Below are positions 8,766 through 19,074 of a stretch of DNA of 64,000 bases, piece after piece (position 1 is the first letter of the stretch; every line of letters starts with the position of its first letter). The notes beneath the pieces were generated by a model. That model was not told the origin of the DNA and made no database searches. It saw only the letters and a list, made by a program, of their open reading frames with translations. This DNA comes from Rhynchopus sp. YZ270_cl-10 (Eukaryota). The stretch spans positions 744,001 to 808,000 of the forward strand of contig OZ037847.1 in the NCBI GenBank assembly GCA_964035575.1. The letters run 5' to 3'. The position numbers were made by a program, and so were the translations under genes.

Positions 8766-11700
8766 TCAACTAACGCGAGCCAACCTTTGGCAACTCAAAG
8801 CAACATTATAAAGCTCCCTTTCCTTCTCTAAATACTTTTCGAAAAGTTGTGTAACGTAACGTACCTTGCTCGGTTCGTCCTTCTCGTTGAATATGGACCC
8901 CGTTTGCGACAACGGGAAGGGCCACTGCGAGGCAGGCTCCGGTGCATTGAGCCCCGCAGCCTGCATTGCAGCAGCCTGCGCCGCTGCAGGCGCACCACCT
9001 GGACTGCGGCCTGCGTTGTTGATGTCTTTGTTCTGGACGGATATACGGTACATATGGCGCTCTGGGCGGGCGAGGTAGGTTTGGACGTGTTCCTTGATGT
9101 TGACTTTGTTGAGCTTCCCGCCGATGTAGGGGCGTGGCGACTGTGCATTGTTCCATCTGCGTTTGTCGGAGTCGTCGGTCGCAAACGATCTGTTGAGGTT
9201 GTCGTCTTCTGACCGCGTCCGAGAGGCAGAGCGTGGCCGCGCCCTCCTCGAGTTGATGGAAGACATGGAGGATGCGCGGGTCATGCGTGTCGGTGCCTGC
9301 TTGAGGTGCTGCTTGAGAAGACGCCGTGCCATGCGGTTCTCCTCTGTGCGCAGGTCGTCAAAGCCGCCTTCCTTGTTCGCGCTGTGTGTGGTGCCGCCAC
9401 AACGCTCTGCCACGTTTGCAACGTAGTCGACAACGTCGTCGTCTGTCTCCAGGTGGTGCGGTATGCCAGGCAGGTAGCGCAAGTTGTGGATCTCGCCGTC
9501 CTCTGCCTCGACAGCAGTGCACGGCACCGCAGTGATGAAGAAGAGGATCTTCACAAGACCGCCAACACGTTCAAAGCATCCCAAGGGCAGCTCGTTGATG
9601 GTGTCCGGCAGCCCGCAGTGCGATACAAAGGGGAAGGGCACACCAAACTCCGCACCCTGGCCGTGCTTCAGGCCTTCTGTTGCCCACGTGCCAAGGAGCT
9701 CTCTGCAGGCAGCGTCGCTGGTGAGGCAGGCCTTCAGGATGGCGGGTGTCTGCTTGTCGCCCTTCTTGCGTGCCTCTCCGTTCTGCATGCGGCGTGAGCA
9801 GTGCTCGCGTGACGCATGCGCCATGGCGTCTTCGCCATGGCTGGTCGCATCCGGCCAGGACGATGGATCCTTCTGCCACATCTGTGTCGCCTCCTTCCCA
9901 GGGTAGTACGCACGCCCACGGCTCTCGCCCGCCTGCACTGCCAGCCCCTGCATGCTGTACTCACGCAGAAGCCTGCCTGCAGACGCACTGCGCTGCAAAG
10001 AGTTTGCGTGTACCTTCTCGCTCCACGACGCAGTCGCATCGTTGTAGTGTGTAGGTGTCGGCACCACCTGGCTCGGCCGTGGTGGTGAGCGTGGGGACGT
10101 ACTCCGCCTTACGGGTGGCGGCGGTGGTGGCTGCGGCTTCGGTGTTGGGTCATCCTTCACCTCAGGCAGAAACTTCCTATGGCTGCACACAGTGTCCCGC
10201 GCAAAGGCACCAAGGGGCTGTGGCAACGTCGGGACAGACCCCGTGTCGTGGTGGTTCCTCCCCGTAGAGCTGGTCCCCGTTGTGCCGGCAGTGTGCTCGT
10301 CGTCGAAGCTGATGTTCGCAACCTTCTTCGGTTTGCTCTGCGAACGCTCCCGTGAGGGTGCTGGGGTGGTGCTGGTCTTGAAGGTCTTGAGGCGTCTGTG
10401 CCAGTCTTCGTAGCCTTTGCTGTTCTCGACGTCTTCGTCGCCTTCCTTTGCATTCCAGGCGGCGGTGTGCTTGAGGAAGTGGGGATTGCTTTTGATGACA
10501 GTGCTTTGCGGTGCACTGGCCCCTGCCTGCACCTTCTCTACAGTGGACTGCCGTGATACGTATGTTGTGGACGGCGACGATGGGCACTCTGCGTACTCGT
10601 CGTGCGCCTTGCGGGTGCGTGGCTTGAGGATGGCCTTCGGGTTGCTGAGGTACGCGAAGAAGTAGTTGCGGTCCTTCTCGGTCTTGCCACCGGGGAGGAC
10701 CTGCCTGCCGTGGTGGGCTTCACGCTGGAGCTGGTGTGCCATCTGGTCTCTGCTGAGGGAGCGGCCTGCAGACAGACGTGATTCGTCCCTCTCTGCTGAG
10801 AGGCCGTCGCTCTGTCCACCTGTCGGTGCCGAGGGCGGTGTGAGCACCATGTCCGGCATGACATCGTTGTGCAGCTTGGACGCCGTGAGCTCGCTGTGCA
10901 GCGCCGCATGGCTGCGGTTGCGGTGTGAGTGCGACGGCGACGTCACCGAATGCGAAGGGCTCAGCTGCTGTGGGCTGTCCTCTTCGTTCGACACATTCGT
11001 TTCCACCTCAAGCAGGTTCAGCCCAGCAGGTCGCGGCGGGTCCACATGCACAGGCTTCGGCTTCACCTGCCCCACAGGTTTAGGTGAAGCACCCCGCTTG
11101 GTGACAGGCGACGACTGCGCTCTGGGACGTATCTTCTTCTTCTCGACCTTCTGAGGCAGCGTGACGATAGTGTTGCCACGCTTCTTGCGCATCACAACAG
11201 TCTTCGGCTTTGGGGCAGGCTCTGCAAGCAGTGTTGTCTTGCGTTCGTCGTTCCCTACGGTGAGAAGGGTTTGGGAGCGCTTGACGGGCGAGGTGGTGAG
11301 GCCTTTGAGGGTTGAGTTGTTGGATTGGTTGGAGCGCCGCTTTCCGAGGGGCGTGGGGGAGGCGACGTGGCAGTCTTTGCCTTTTTGCTCACGACGGCGG
11401 CGGATATTACTTGTTTCGAGGCTCTTGACGGTAAGGCTCTTGTCGAGGTTGCCACCACCACGGGACTGCGAGAACTCCGACTCTGAGTCGATGCGCTTGA
11501 GACCCAACTCATCGAGAAGACCTTTGCAGAACGATCCGTTCTCTGTCTGGTAAGTTGCGTTGTTGTTTATGGTTGGGATCATCCCGTAGTCGGACCCTGA
11601 CACAGAGCCCAGACGGAACACACCAGAGTTACACGACTGGTTGCCATTGAAGGATCCCCCCATCCCAGGGTTCTGCTTTGGTCTATGCACAGGAGACCCT

Positions 11701-12839
11701 GGTCCAGCCCCAAACCTCCCCGACCGCCCAGGCTGTCCCTTGAACTCAATCTTGTCTATGCACTCAAGAATCTCGACAAACTCTTCAAGGTTTTCGCTCC
11801 GATCGCCAAAGACATTCCCCCCCGCCAGCTCCCCATCCTTCCCGTCACGCACAACATTGATCTTCGCAGACTTTGGGATGCGGGCGAAGGTACCCGACGG
11901 TTCGAGCCCCCAAGACAACAGCATATCGGTCTGCTTTTTGTTCATCTCGATCATGCGTTCTTGGAAGGGCGATATTTCTGCATAAAATTCATCATCGGTT
12001 TGCATGATGGGAAGCATGCCTGAGGAGGAGATTGAAGAGCGGGCTGACTTCGGCGACTGTGCAGGGGAGGACGACGCTGTGGGGAGAGGCACATCCTCGT
12101 AGTTGATGCAGCCTACACCTCCTAGGCCGGAGCGTTTGTTCTGACGCAGGGTGCTGTAGACTGCGATCTTCTCCTTCTCCCCAAAGTTGTTCCCTGCAAG
12201 CAGCAGTGACGAGCACGATGTGTTCTCACGGATGCCCTCTGTCAGAAACGCGATGCCTTCGTTTAATGACTCTGCACTGCTTTCCGTCAGCATCCCGCAG
12301 TATTTTGCGTCAATCTCTGCTAGGCCGCAGCCCCACTTCAGTAGAAGGCCAAGACCCTGCGCGGTGAGGGGGTTGTACTTTACGATGAGCTTGCGCAGCT
12401 TGCAGGTGATGGAGTCGAGGAGCTTTGCTACGGCAGCGACACCACGGATGCCGATGTTTGTGAAGGAGAGGTTCACTGTGTGCACATCGACGTTGACGAC
12501 GCTCTGCATGATTCGCACGACCATTTCGTCGCCTAGGTTACAGCCACTCAGGTCCAACTCACCAAAGCCATAGTCCCCATTCCCAATGAACTCTGCCAAT
12601 GCATCGGCAGCGGCTCCATCCAAAGCAAACCCAGTGATGACCAGCTTCTCCGAGGTCACCTCACGTTCTTCCATCGCATCGCGGATGCTCTCAATGTGCC
12701 ACCTCGTAGCAGGCAGACACCCACGCACCCGTGTGCACGCAACCACAACACTCTTCCGCTCTGTCCCCACCGCCTCCCATTTAATCGCCGTCGCAGTGCG
12801 GTTAAACACCGAGGTAGCTTCGGTTGTTACACTCGACAT
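8766..12839 (-). CDS. RNI-like leucine-rich-repeat protein with long disordered C-terminus
   Basis: 1357-aa ORF with N-terminal LRRs (ELDLSGCNLGD, TVNLSFTNIGIRG, KLIVKYNPLTAQG, SLLLAGNNFGE). Probable splice donor AAG|GTACGT at 8864, so the true 3' end may be spliced. Confidence 0.85.
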   Translation of the reverse strand: MSSVTTEATSVFNRTATAIKWEAVGTERKSVVVACTRVRGCLPATRWHIESIRDAMEEREVTSEKLVITGFALDGAAADALAEFIGNGDYGFGELDLSGCNLGDEMVVRIMQSVVNVDVHTVNLSFTNIGIRGVAAVAKLLDSITCKLRKLIVKYNPLTAQGLGLLLKWGCGLAEIDAKYCGMLTESSAESLNEGIAFLTEGIRENTSCSSLLLAGNNFGEKEKIAVYSTLRQNKRSGLGGVGCINYEDVPLPTASSSPAQSPKSARSSISSSGMLPIMQTDDEFYAEISPFQERMIEMNKKQTDMLLSWGLEPSGTFARIPKSAKINVVRDGKDGELAGGNVFGDRSENLEEFVEILECIDKIEFKGQPGRSGRFGAGPGSPVHRPKQNPGMGGSFNGNQSCNSGVFRLGSVSGSDYGMIPTINNNATYQTENGSFCKGLLDELGLKRIDSESEFSQSRGGGNLDKSLTVKSLETSNIRRRREQKGKDCHVASPTPLGKRRSNQSNNSTLKGLTTSPVKRSQTLLTVGNDERKTTLLAEPAPKPKTVVMRKKRGNTIVTLPQKVEKKKIRPRAQSSPVTKRGASPKPVGQVKPKPVHVDPPRPAGLNLLEVETNVSNEEDSPQQLSPSHSVTSPSHSHRNRSHAALHSELTASKLHNDVMPDMVLTPPSAPTGGQSDGLSAERDESRLSAGRSLSRDQMAHQLQREAHHGRQVLPGGKTEKDRNYFFAYLSNPKAILKPRTRKAHDEYAECPSSPSTTYVSRQSTVEKVQAGASAPQSTVIKSNPHFLKHTAAWNAKEGDEDVENSKGYEDWHRRLKTFKTSTTPAPSRERSQSKPKKVANISFDDEHTAGTTGTSSTGRNHHDTGSVPTLPQPLGAFARDTVCSHRKFLPEVKDDPTPKPQPPPPPPVRRSTSPRSPPRPSQVVPTPTHYNDATASWSEKVHANSLQRSASAGRLLREYSMQGLAVQAGESRGRAYYPGKEATQMWQKDPSSWPDATSHGEDAMAHASREHCSRRMQNGEARKKGDKQTPAILKACLTSDAACRELLGTWATEGLKHGQGAEFGVPFPFVSHCGLPDTINELPLGCFERVGGLVKILFFITAVPCTAVEAEDGEIHNLRYLPGIPHHLETDDDVVDYVANVAERCGGTTHSANKEGGFDDLRTEENRMARRLLKQHLKQAPTRMTRASSMSSINSRRARPRSASRTRSEDDNLNRSFATDDSDKRRWNNAQSPRPYIGGKLNKVNIKEHVQTYLARPERHMYRISVQNKDINNAGRSPGGAPAAAQAAAMQAAGLNAPEPASQWPFPLSQTGSIFNEKDEPSKVRYVTQLFEKYLEKERELYNVALSCQRLARVS

Positions 12840-12981
12840 TGTTGTGTGGAGTGCCGCAACACTTTCCTGCGTAGATGGTGGGAGGGGAAGGGAAGGGAAG
12901 GGAGAGTGTGATAGAGGGGTAAGGGTAGGGGGTGTTGTAACTTCACAACGTTTGTATGCGCGCTGTCATGCTTCCGGTGGA

Positions 12982-13134
12982 AAGGGCAAGGGCAAGGGCA
13001 AGGGCAAGGGCAAGGGCAAGGGCAAGGGCAAGGGCAAGGGCAAGGGCAAGGGCAAGGGCAAGGGCAAGGGCAAGGGCAAGGGCAAGGGCAAGGGCAAGGG
13101 CAAGGGCAAGGGCAAGGGCAAGGGCAAGGGCAAG
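12982..13134. repeat. Microsatellite (GGCAAG)n, ~25 copies
   Basis: Read directly from sequence. Confidence 0.97.
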
Positions 13135-13955
13135 GCATACTACGATGCCCTCCCGACCGTCCCCCTGCCAGAAGAGCCGCATGCAGAGGCTCGACGGAAA
13201 GTTGTCATCAAATAAATGCTGGAAAAAAGGCGTGGGGGGGAGCCGAGGTAGCTTTTGTGCTAGCAGTGGGGCGGTGACAGTTAGATAGGACGTTATAGAA
13301 CAAAGGGGGGGTGGAAAAATAAGTGTTCTCCTATGACAGTGGGCACAATTGTCCACTCCCATCCTAAGTTTGTATGCAACTTAAAGACAGGGTCCAGCTT
13401 CAATCAGAGAAAGGTGTAAAAAGAAAAGGGAGAAAGAAAAACTAAGCTTTTCTGTCTCAGTTAAAGAGGGACAAATTTTAAATGAATTTGCCTGGGCAGA
13501 ACACAGTCCAGATATTGGGTTTTATTTCGGGGGGAAAACTCCCACGCTACACACCAAACCCCTTCCCCTTCCCCTCCCCCCCATTTTTTTTGTAGATTCG
13601 ACAATCAGCTGTCAGGTTCGGTACACAAGGTCGCCTTTTTTGTTTTTGTTGTTGTTGTTGCAGTGTAGACAAAGTCGCTATCTTTTTTGGTCAGCTATTT
13701 TCCCTTTTCTCGCATTAGGTTAGCCAAGGGACTACAGTAGCCCCAATTGGTTGCTTCATAGGGTTGTTAACCAAGCATATCCCCCCCTCCACCCCCACCA
13801 CCCCATATCACCCTCGAAAACTAGACATTGCTTACAACCCTGAGAATTTTAGAGAATTGAAGAAAAAAATCTGAAAAAAATTGAAAAATCGACCCCCCTT
13901 TGTGAACTCCACGCAACCTTCACCACTCCTATCTCTCGTGGATGTCGCGTTCTTT

Positions 13956-16900
13956 TTACGAATTTTCGGGGTCGTTTTTGGACATTTCGATGGCGCGCAA
14001 CATGTCGTCGTCCATATCCTCATCTGCGTCGTCACCAGCTTCTTCACGGGACATGCGTAGGGCAGCTTCAAGGTCGTCATCTCCTTCACCATCTCCATCA
14101 CCGTCACCGTCCACCTCCATATCGATGTTCTCTTCCGACATACGTAGGGCCTCCTGCATGAGCCGCTCTTCCTCCTCCTCTGCCTCTTCCACTTTGCGTG
14201 CCTCGATCGCATCTGCCACAGCAAGGAGTGCTGCATCTGGCGGTACGTTCTCCCAGCTGAGCTCGTGGCTTGGGTATGTGGTGGGAATGTGCAGGTCCGT
14301 CCCTGGCAGTGCGCAGGCTGCGACCTCGGAAGGGTGTTGCGACACATCCGAATGGAAGCCACCAGCACCACGCACACAGAGGCCAAGGCAAACCTGTCGT
14401 GAAAGGGGTCGTGCATGCACAATACGAGAAAAGTCGTTGTTAGGCAGAGTCGACACACAGTTAGACGTCTCGTAGTCGACCTGCGCGACACAGTCCTCAC
14501 TGGCGGAACGGTTCTCTACTGCGTGGAGTTCACCTCCCCGGCCCGAAAGGGTTGTGCAGATGAGTGTGTTGGAAAGCTTCTTTTGCTTCCCCTTAGAGCA
14601 GACTGCGTGGGCCAGACACGACGCAGTGAAGTCCCATGAGGGACTCGGCACCTTCGACAGCCCCACCTCAAAGTCCGAGTAGATAGCGAGGGTCACTCTG
14701 CGCAGACGCATGGAGAGGTTTGCGGCCTGCATCATAGTGACGCTGAAGGGCACCACTGTGTACTCATAGCCGCCATCGAGGACAAGCTCGACGGAGATCT
14801 GGTCAGCAAAGCTGCTGGGCAGACATTCAACGCAGGACCACGAGGACTCTGTGCCCGCAGAACGTCTCCGCAAAAGGGCAAACATAATGTCGATGTTAGA
14901 GGTAACCGCGTTCAGTGCAGACTCGCGTGTAATATGCTTCTCCTGCCAAAGAATAAAGTCCGCAACCGTCCGTTTGTACGTTTTGATAACAAAGTGTTCA
15001 CCAGGGCCAAGATCAGACGGCAGCCAAGCAGTTGCCGCTGCGCGTGACCATTGCTTAGGGTGAACCCGGCAGACGTCGATTGTGATGAAGTATTCCTTCG
15101 CATCTTCCAAGGAGATCCAGAAGACAGACATGTCGTCGTTCATCTTAACACCGTTGCGGTTGATGACGCCCAGTTCGAGTTGGAGCTCGCGTGTCCAGCC
15201 GGACCACTTTGACCCCCAGGCACCTTGCCAGGAGCGTGGCGCACGGTCGCCCCATGGGTTTCTGAACTGCATGAGCCGCACGACCTTGCCTTGGTGCACG
15301 ATCTGCTTGACCTGGAGCACGGAGTAGGCGTGGGGTGTTTGGAGGCCGAGCTTCTCCACAAAGTGTTCGCGTGTACTGCCGCACGCCTCGTGCGAGCATG
15401 CGGTGCCCATGATGTAGCCGGCCTCGCCTGCCGAGAGCAGACGCGACCATATGATGTCGATGTCGAAGTCGTCGTTGTCGTCCTCGAAGGGCACCTCGCT
15501 AGGGTCCTTCCCCTGCAGCAGCAGCTGGGTGCGCATGTCTGCGATCTGGTCGTGCCGCTTCTTCTTGCGTGTTGCCTGCTCCTGAGTCATGCGCAGCTGC
15601 ACCGTGTCGCAGGCATACCCTGTGAACATCTGCAACGCCTCCGCCAGTGTACCTCCTGACAACGCACCGTACGACCCCGACAGCTTGGCTGCCGCCTTCT
15701 CCACGAGAGGGACCCAGAGACTCTGCCGTGCTGCCTTTGCGTAGCACATATGCCCGCCTCGAGAGTAGTGAACGTTTTGGGTAACTTCGTCTATCTTGCC
15801 TTCCCAGGGGGTTGAGCAGGGGAAGGTGTCATCAAGAAGGATCTTCCGCCAGGAGCCTGAGTGGTGAAGCTGCACTACATACGCCCCAATGGGACTGTAG
15901 TCACGTGTCACGAGCATTGCCTCTACAAGACTGTGATGATTCGCGACGCACGCAAGCGCCCCACCAAACCAGCAGTTGCCCAATGCACCCTGGTACACAT
16001 CCTCAGGTCGTGGCGTATCGCGGATGACCTTGTACGATCCAAGCGTGTTGTGCGTCATCTCGTCGCGAATGTAATGAGTACACTGCCGGGTGATGAACTC
16101 GCCTGGGTTCTTGATGAGCGGTTGGTAAGAGTACAGAAGCGCACACCCATCACAAGAGGACCCCGGTCTGAGCCAGGTGGTCGGACGGTTCACAATGTTG
16201 ACCTGCTGAACGTGTGTCGGCTTGCCTCCACAACTGCACCCCACGCTGTTGAGACGCTGCTGCTGCTGTTCCGCCTCCTGCTGTGTAGTGGGCGGCTCCA
16301 TCACCGGCGGAAGTGGGTTGTTCTTCCCACACTGCACACAACGCCATCTCTCTGCATCTAGCGGGTCGAGATATATGCTTTTGGGCAGAGGCGGGAACTG
16401 CGCGTCGACATATCTGCAATTTTTATTTTTCATGATATCAGCAAAAACCTCTAAAACAGAGAAGTTGAAAGTGCAAAAAAAAAAGTTTGACTTGAAATAC
16501 AACAGCCCTCTCGTGACAATGTACCCTGGTACATGACCGGTGCACTGGGGTGGACCCCAACCATGCAGTCCTACATTCATTTTGTGGTTTATATCTGGAA
16601 GAAAAAAAGTTGTTGATGCAGGCACCTCCGACTGACCCACGTACGATGCCAGCCCCGGATGAAAGCACAAAGCACCCTGCGGCCAACAACAGAAGATGCG
16701 AAAAAGTAAAAAAATACCTATTCGTCTCCGAATAATATTCCTTCAGCTTTTCAAGGGTGTCCTCCTGGACTTGAACGTTGTCCGAATCGAACCGTTCAAA
16801 GTCGATTTCCTTCATATCTTCTGCAGGGGTTGACGGCTCCTTCTGCTTCTCCTTTTCCTTTGCGTCCTCCTCTGCAGACATACGGAGTGCAGCTTGGAGC

Positions 16901-17304
16901 TCTTCATCCATTTCGGAGTCTCCCGTTTCGAGCATCGCCTCTTCGCTCATGCGGAGAGCGGCTTCGATTTCGTCGTCCATTGCACCGTCGTCGTCCTCTA
17001 CTTTTACCTCTGGGGTGAGGAAATGCACTGCCCCGGCATTTTCTTCAATCTCATCTATGCCACGGACAAGAACACTGCTTCCGGGGGTGATCTTCGCATC
17101 GGTTAGGAGAGTTGCGTTGTTCGAAAGAGACTTCCCCGCAGCTATGATGCGACACTGTCGCAACGGCGACACCCGGCACTCCTCATACGAAGGATCGTCT
17201 ACATCAAGATGTGCGCTCACCTCATGCCGCAAATCTCCAATCGTTCCATTCAAAGGAACGTTAACCGTCACCTTCTTTTTCCCAATAGCAACCTTTACAT
17301 CCAT
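13956..17304 (-). CDS. Calpain-family cysteine protease (SOL/calpain-15-like) with N-terminal ubiquitin-like domain and multiple UIM-like motifs; exons 17304-16718 and 16413-13956
   Basis: Catalytic motifs QGALGNCWF, HAYSVL and FRNPWG. UBL: MDVKVAIGKK...RIIAAGKSL..LLTDAKI. UIM-like motifs EIEAALRMS, ELQAALRMS, LMQEALRMS, DLEAALRMS, MLRAIEMS. A GT-AG intron joins ETNR to YVDAQFPP in frame (phase 2). Confidence 0.9.
16414..16717 (-). other. Canonical GT-AG intron (304 nt) in the calpain gene
   Basis: AG|GTATTT...TTGCAG|AT; removing it fuses ORFs 16438-17625 and 13956-16670 in frame. Confidence 0.85.
16480..16670. repeat. Dispersed repeat family, copy B (longest; intronic)
   Basis: ttgaaatacaacagccctctcgtgacaatgtaccctggtacatgaccgg...gtcctaca...gttgttgatgca...ccccggatgaaagcac. 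Confidence 0.85.
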
Positions 17305-18499
17305 CTTATGCTGTCTATGGGGGAGGTTAAGGTTAAGGGGGAGAGATAGTTTGGGTGAATGTGAGTGACAGTGGGGGTTTGAGAAGGAGGAAAGGCGGAA
17401 AGGCGGAGGGGAGAACCCGATATCAGCTTTTTGACGGTAATGTGTAGCCCACCCCAGTTGACAATCTGAAAGGTCCGGTAGAAATAGTTGTTTTGGTTGT
17501 GGGAGGGAAGGGATAAAGGGTGGGAGAAGGGAGGACCTTTTTTTTTTGAAAAGGGGTTTTGTGGGGTTGTTTTTGTTTTTTTTTTTTTGCGAAACGTCAT
17601 TCTCACCGCGGGTGACCACTTTCAAAGATGTTCCACTAAGCTTCGCCGGGATTCTTTTTTAAAATGGAATCCCACATCTTACTAAGATGCCGGAGGGTGT
17701 GTGTTTTGCGAGTGAGAAGAGCTGTGTGTAGGGTGAAGCAAAAAAAAAAGGAAAGGTAGATGTACCCATCCCTCTCTTCACCCCATCCCATCAGTCTACG
17801 CTGTGTTTTGCTTTTGTTTTGTTTTTTTATGTTTTGTTTTGTTTTGTAAAATTGTCTTCATCTCGACTAGGGAAAAAAAAGGGGGAGGGGAAAAAAATCA
17901 CATCTCGTTTGTTACCTTCGCTTCCACATTGGTCCTGTTTTTGTTTTTTTTGAGTGGTACTACCACTTTTGCAGAATCTCGTTTTTTGTTTTTTTTGTTT
18001 TTTGTTTTTTTAGGGGTAGGGAAATCGTAGAAAGCTGGCGTGGGCAGAGAATAATGTCAAGTCAGCTACTACGGGAAGAGGGGGGTGATTATCTGTGAAA
18101 AGTGAATTCCAGTTTTTGCTTTTTTTGTTTTGTTTTGTTTTTTTGAAAACTTTGACAACGTGTACCCCCGCGAACGGGCATTCCACGTTTTGTTTTGTTT
18201 TGTCTTTTTTGTTTTTTGGATTTTGATAACGCACACTTGGGAAGAGGGAGAATGCAATGCAAATCAGTCTGGGGGGGGGTAGAAGGGTTGCGTGGCCGCC
18301 TCCAGGCTGGAGATGGATGGGGAGGAGTTATGAAGAAACAGCTAAACAGCTGCAACTTCAACTCCGGTTTGTCTTCTTCTTGGTTTTTTTTTGCATGTAT
18401 CTATGGCGCTCTCATACAAGTCGTAGAGAGAATCATGAACATGACATGGAAATAATGATGATATTATTTTTGCATACTTCCGTGAACCCAGACAATATA

Positions 18500-18867
18500 T
18501 AAACCCCCCCTCTGCATAATATTAAATTACTCGTATTATTAATTATCTCGTATTATTAAATATAGCGCGTATTGTTCAATATAACTCATATTATTCAATA
18601 TAAGTCATATTATTCACATATTCGTATTATTAAATAGCGCATTTTTTATTTTTTATTTGCTTTTTCCCCTGTGTTTGTGAACAAAACATGCACGAAGCCC
18701 CAGCCAAGACGGGGAGTATTTTTTATTTCGCGAAGAAAAAAAGCATTTTTGGCTGGGCGTTCTCGTATTATTAAATATAAGCACCCATTTTCGTATTATT
18801 AAATAATATTCGTATTATTAAATATAACTCGTATTATTAATTTAATATTATGCAGAGGGGGGGTTTA
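18500..18867. mobile_element. MITE-like element
   Basis: ~30-bp TIRs taaaccccccctctgcataatattaaatta / taatttaatattatgcagagggggggttta, TA at both ends, internal tcgtattattaa repeats. Confidence 0.8.
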
Positions 18868-19074
18868 AAAAAAAATAGGGTATTAAAGGGGAAGGTTGTA
18901 TGGTAAAAATGTAAAGAGAAAAAAAAAATCCCGAAAAAAAGAATCACAAAGTCCCGAAAATCTCCACGTTTGTTACTACTTTGTTTTTTGTTGTTGTTGT
19001 TTTGTTTTTTGAGGGGGAAGGGAGGGGAGGGGGGGAAAATCACGAATAAACGTTGTTATGTCGAATCAACCACA

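Noticed and set aside
2340..17304. Functional link between the LINE OTU and the ubiquitin-binding calpain
   Set aside because: Proximity alone; no evidence beyond coincidence.
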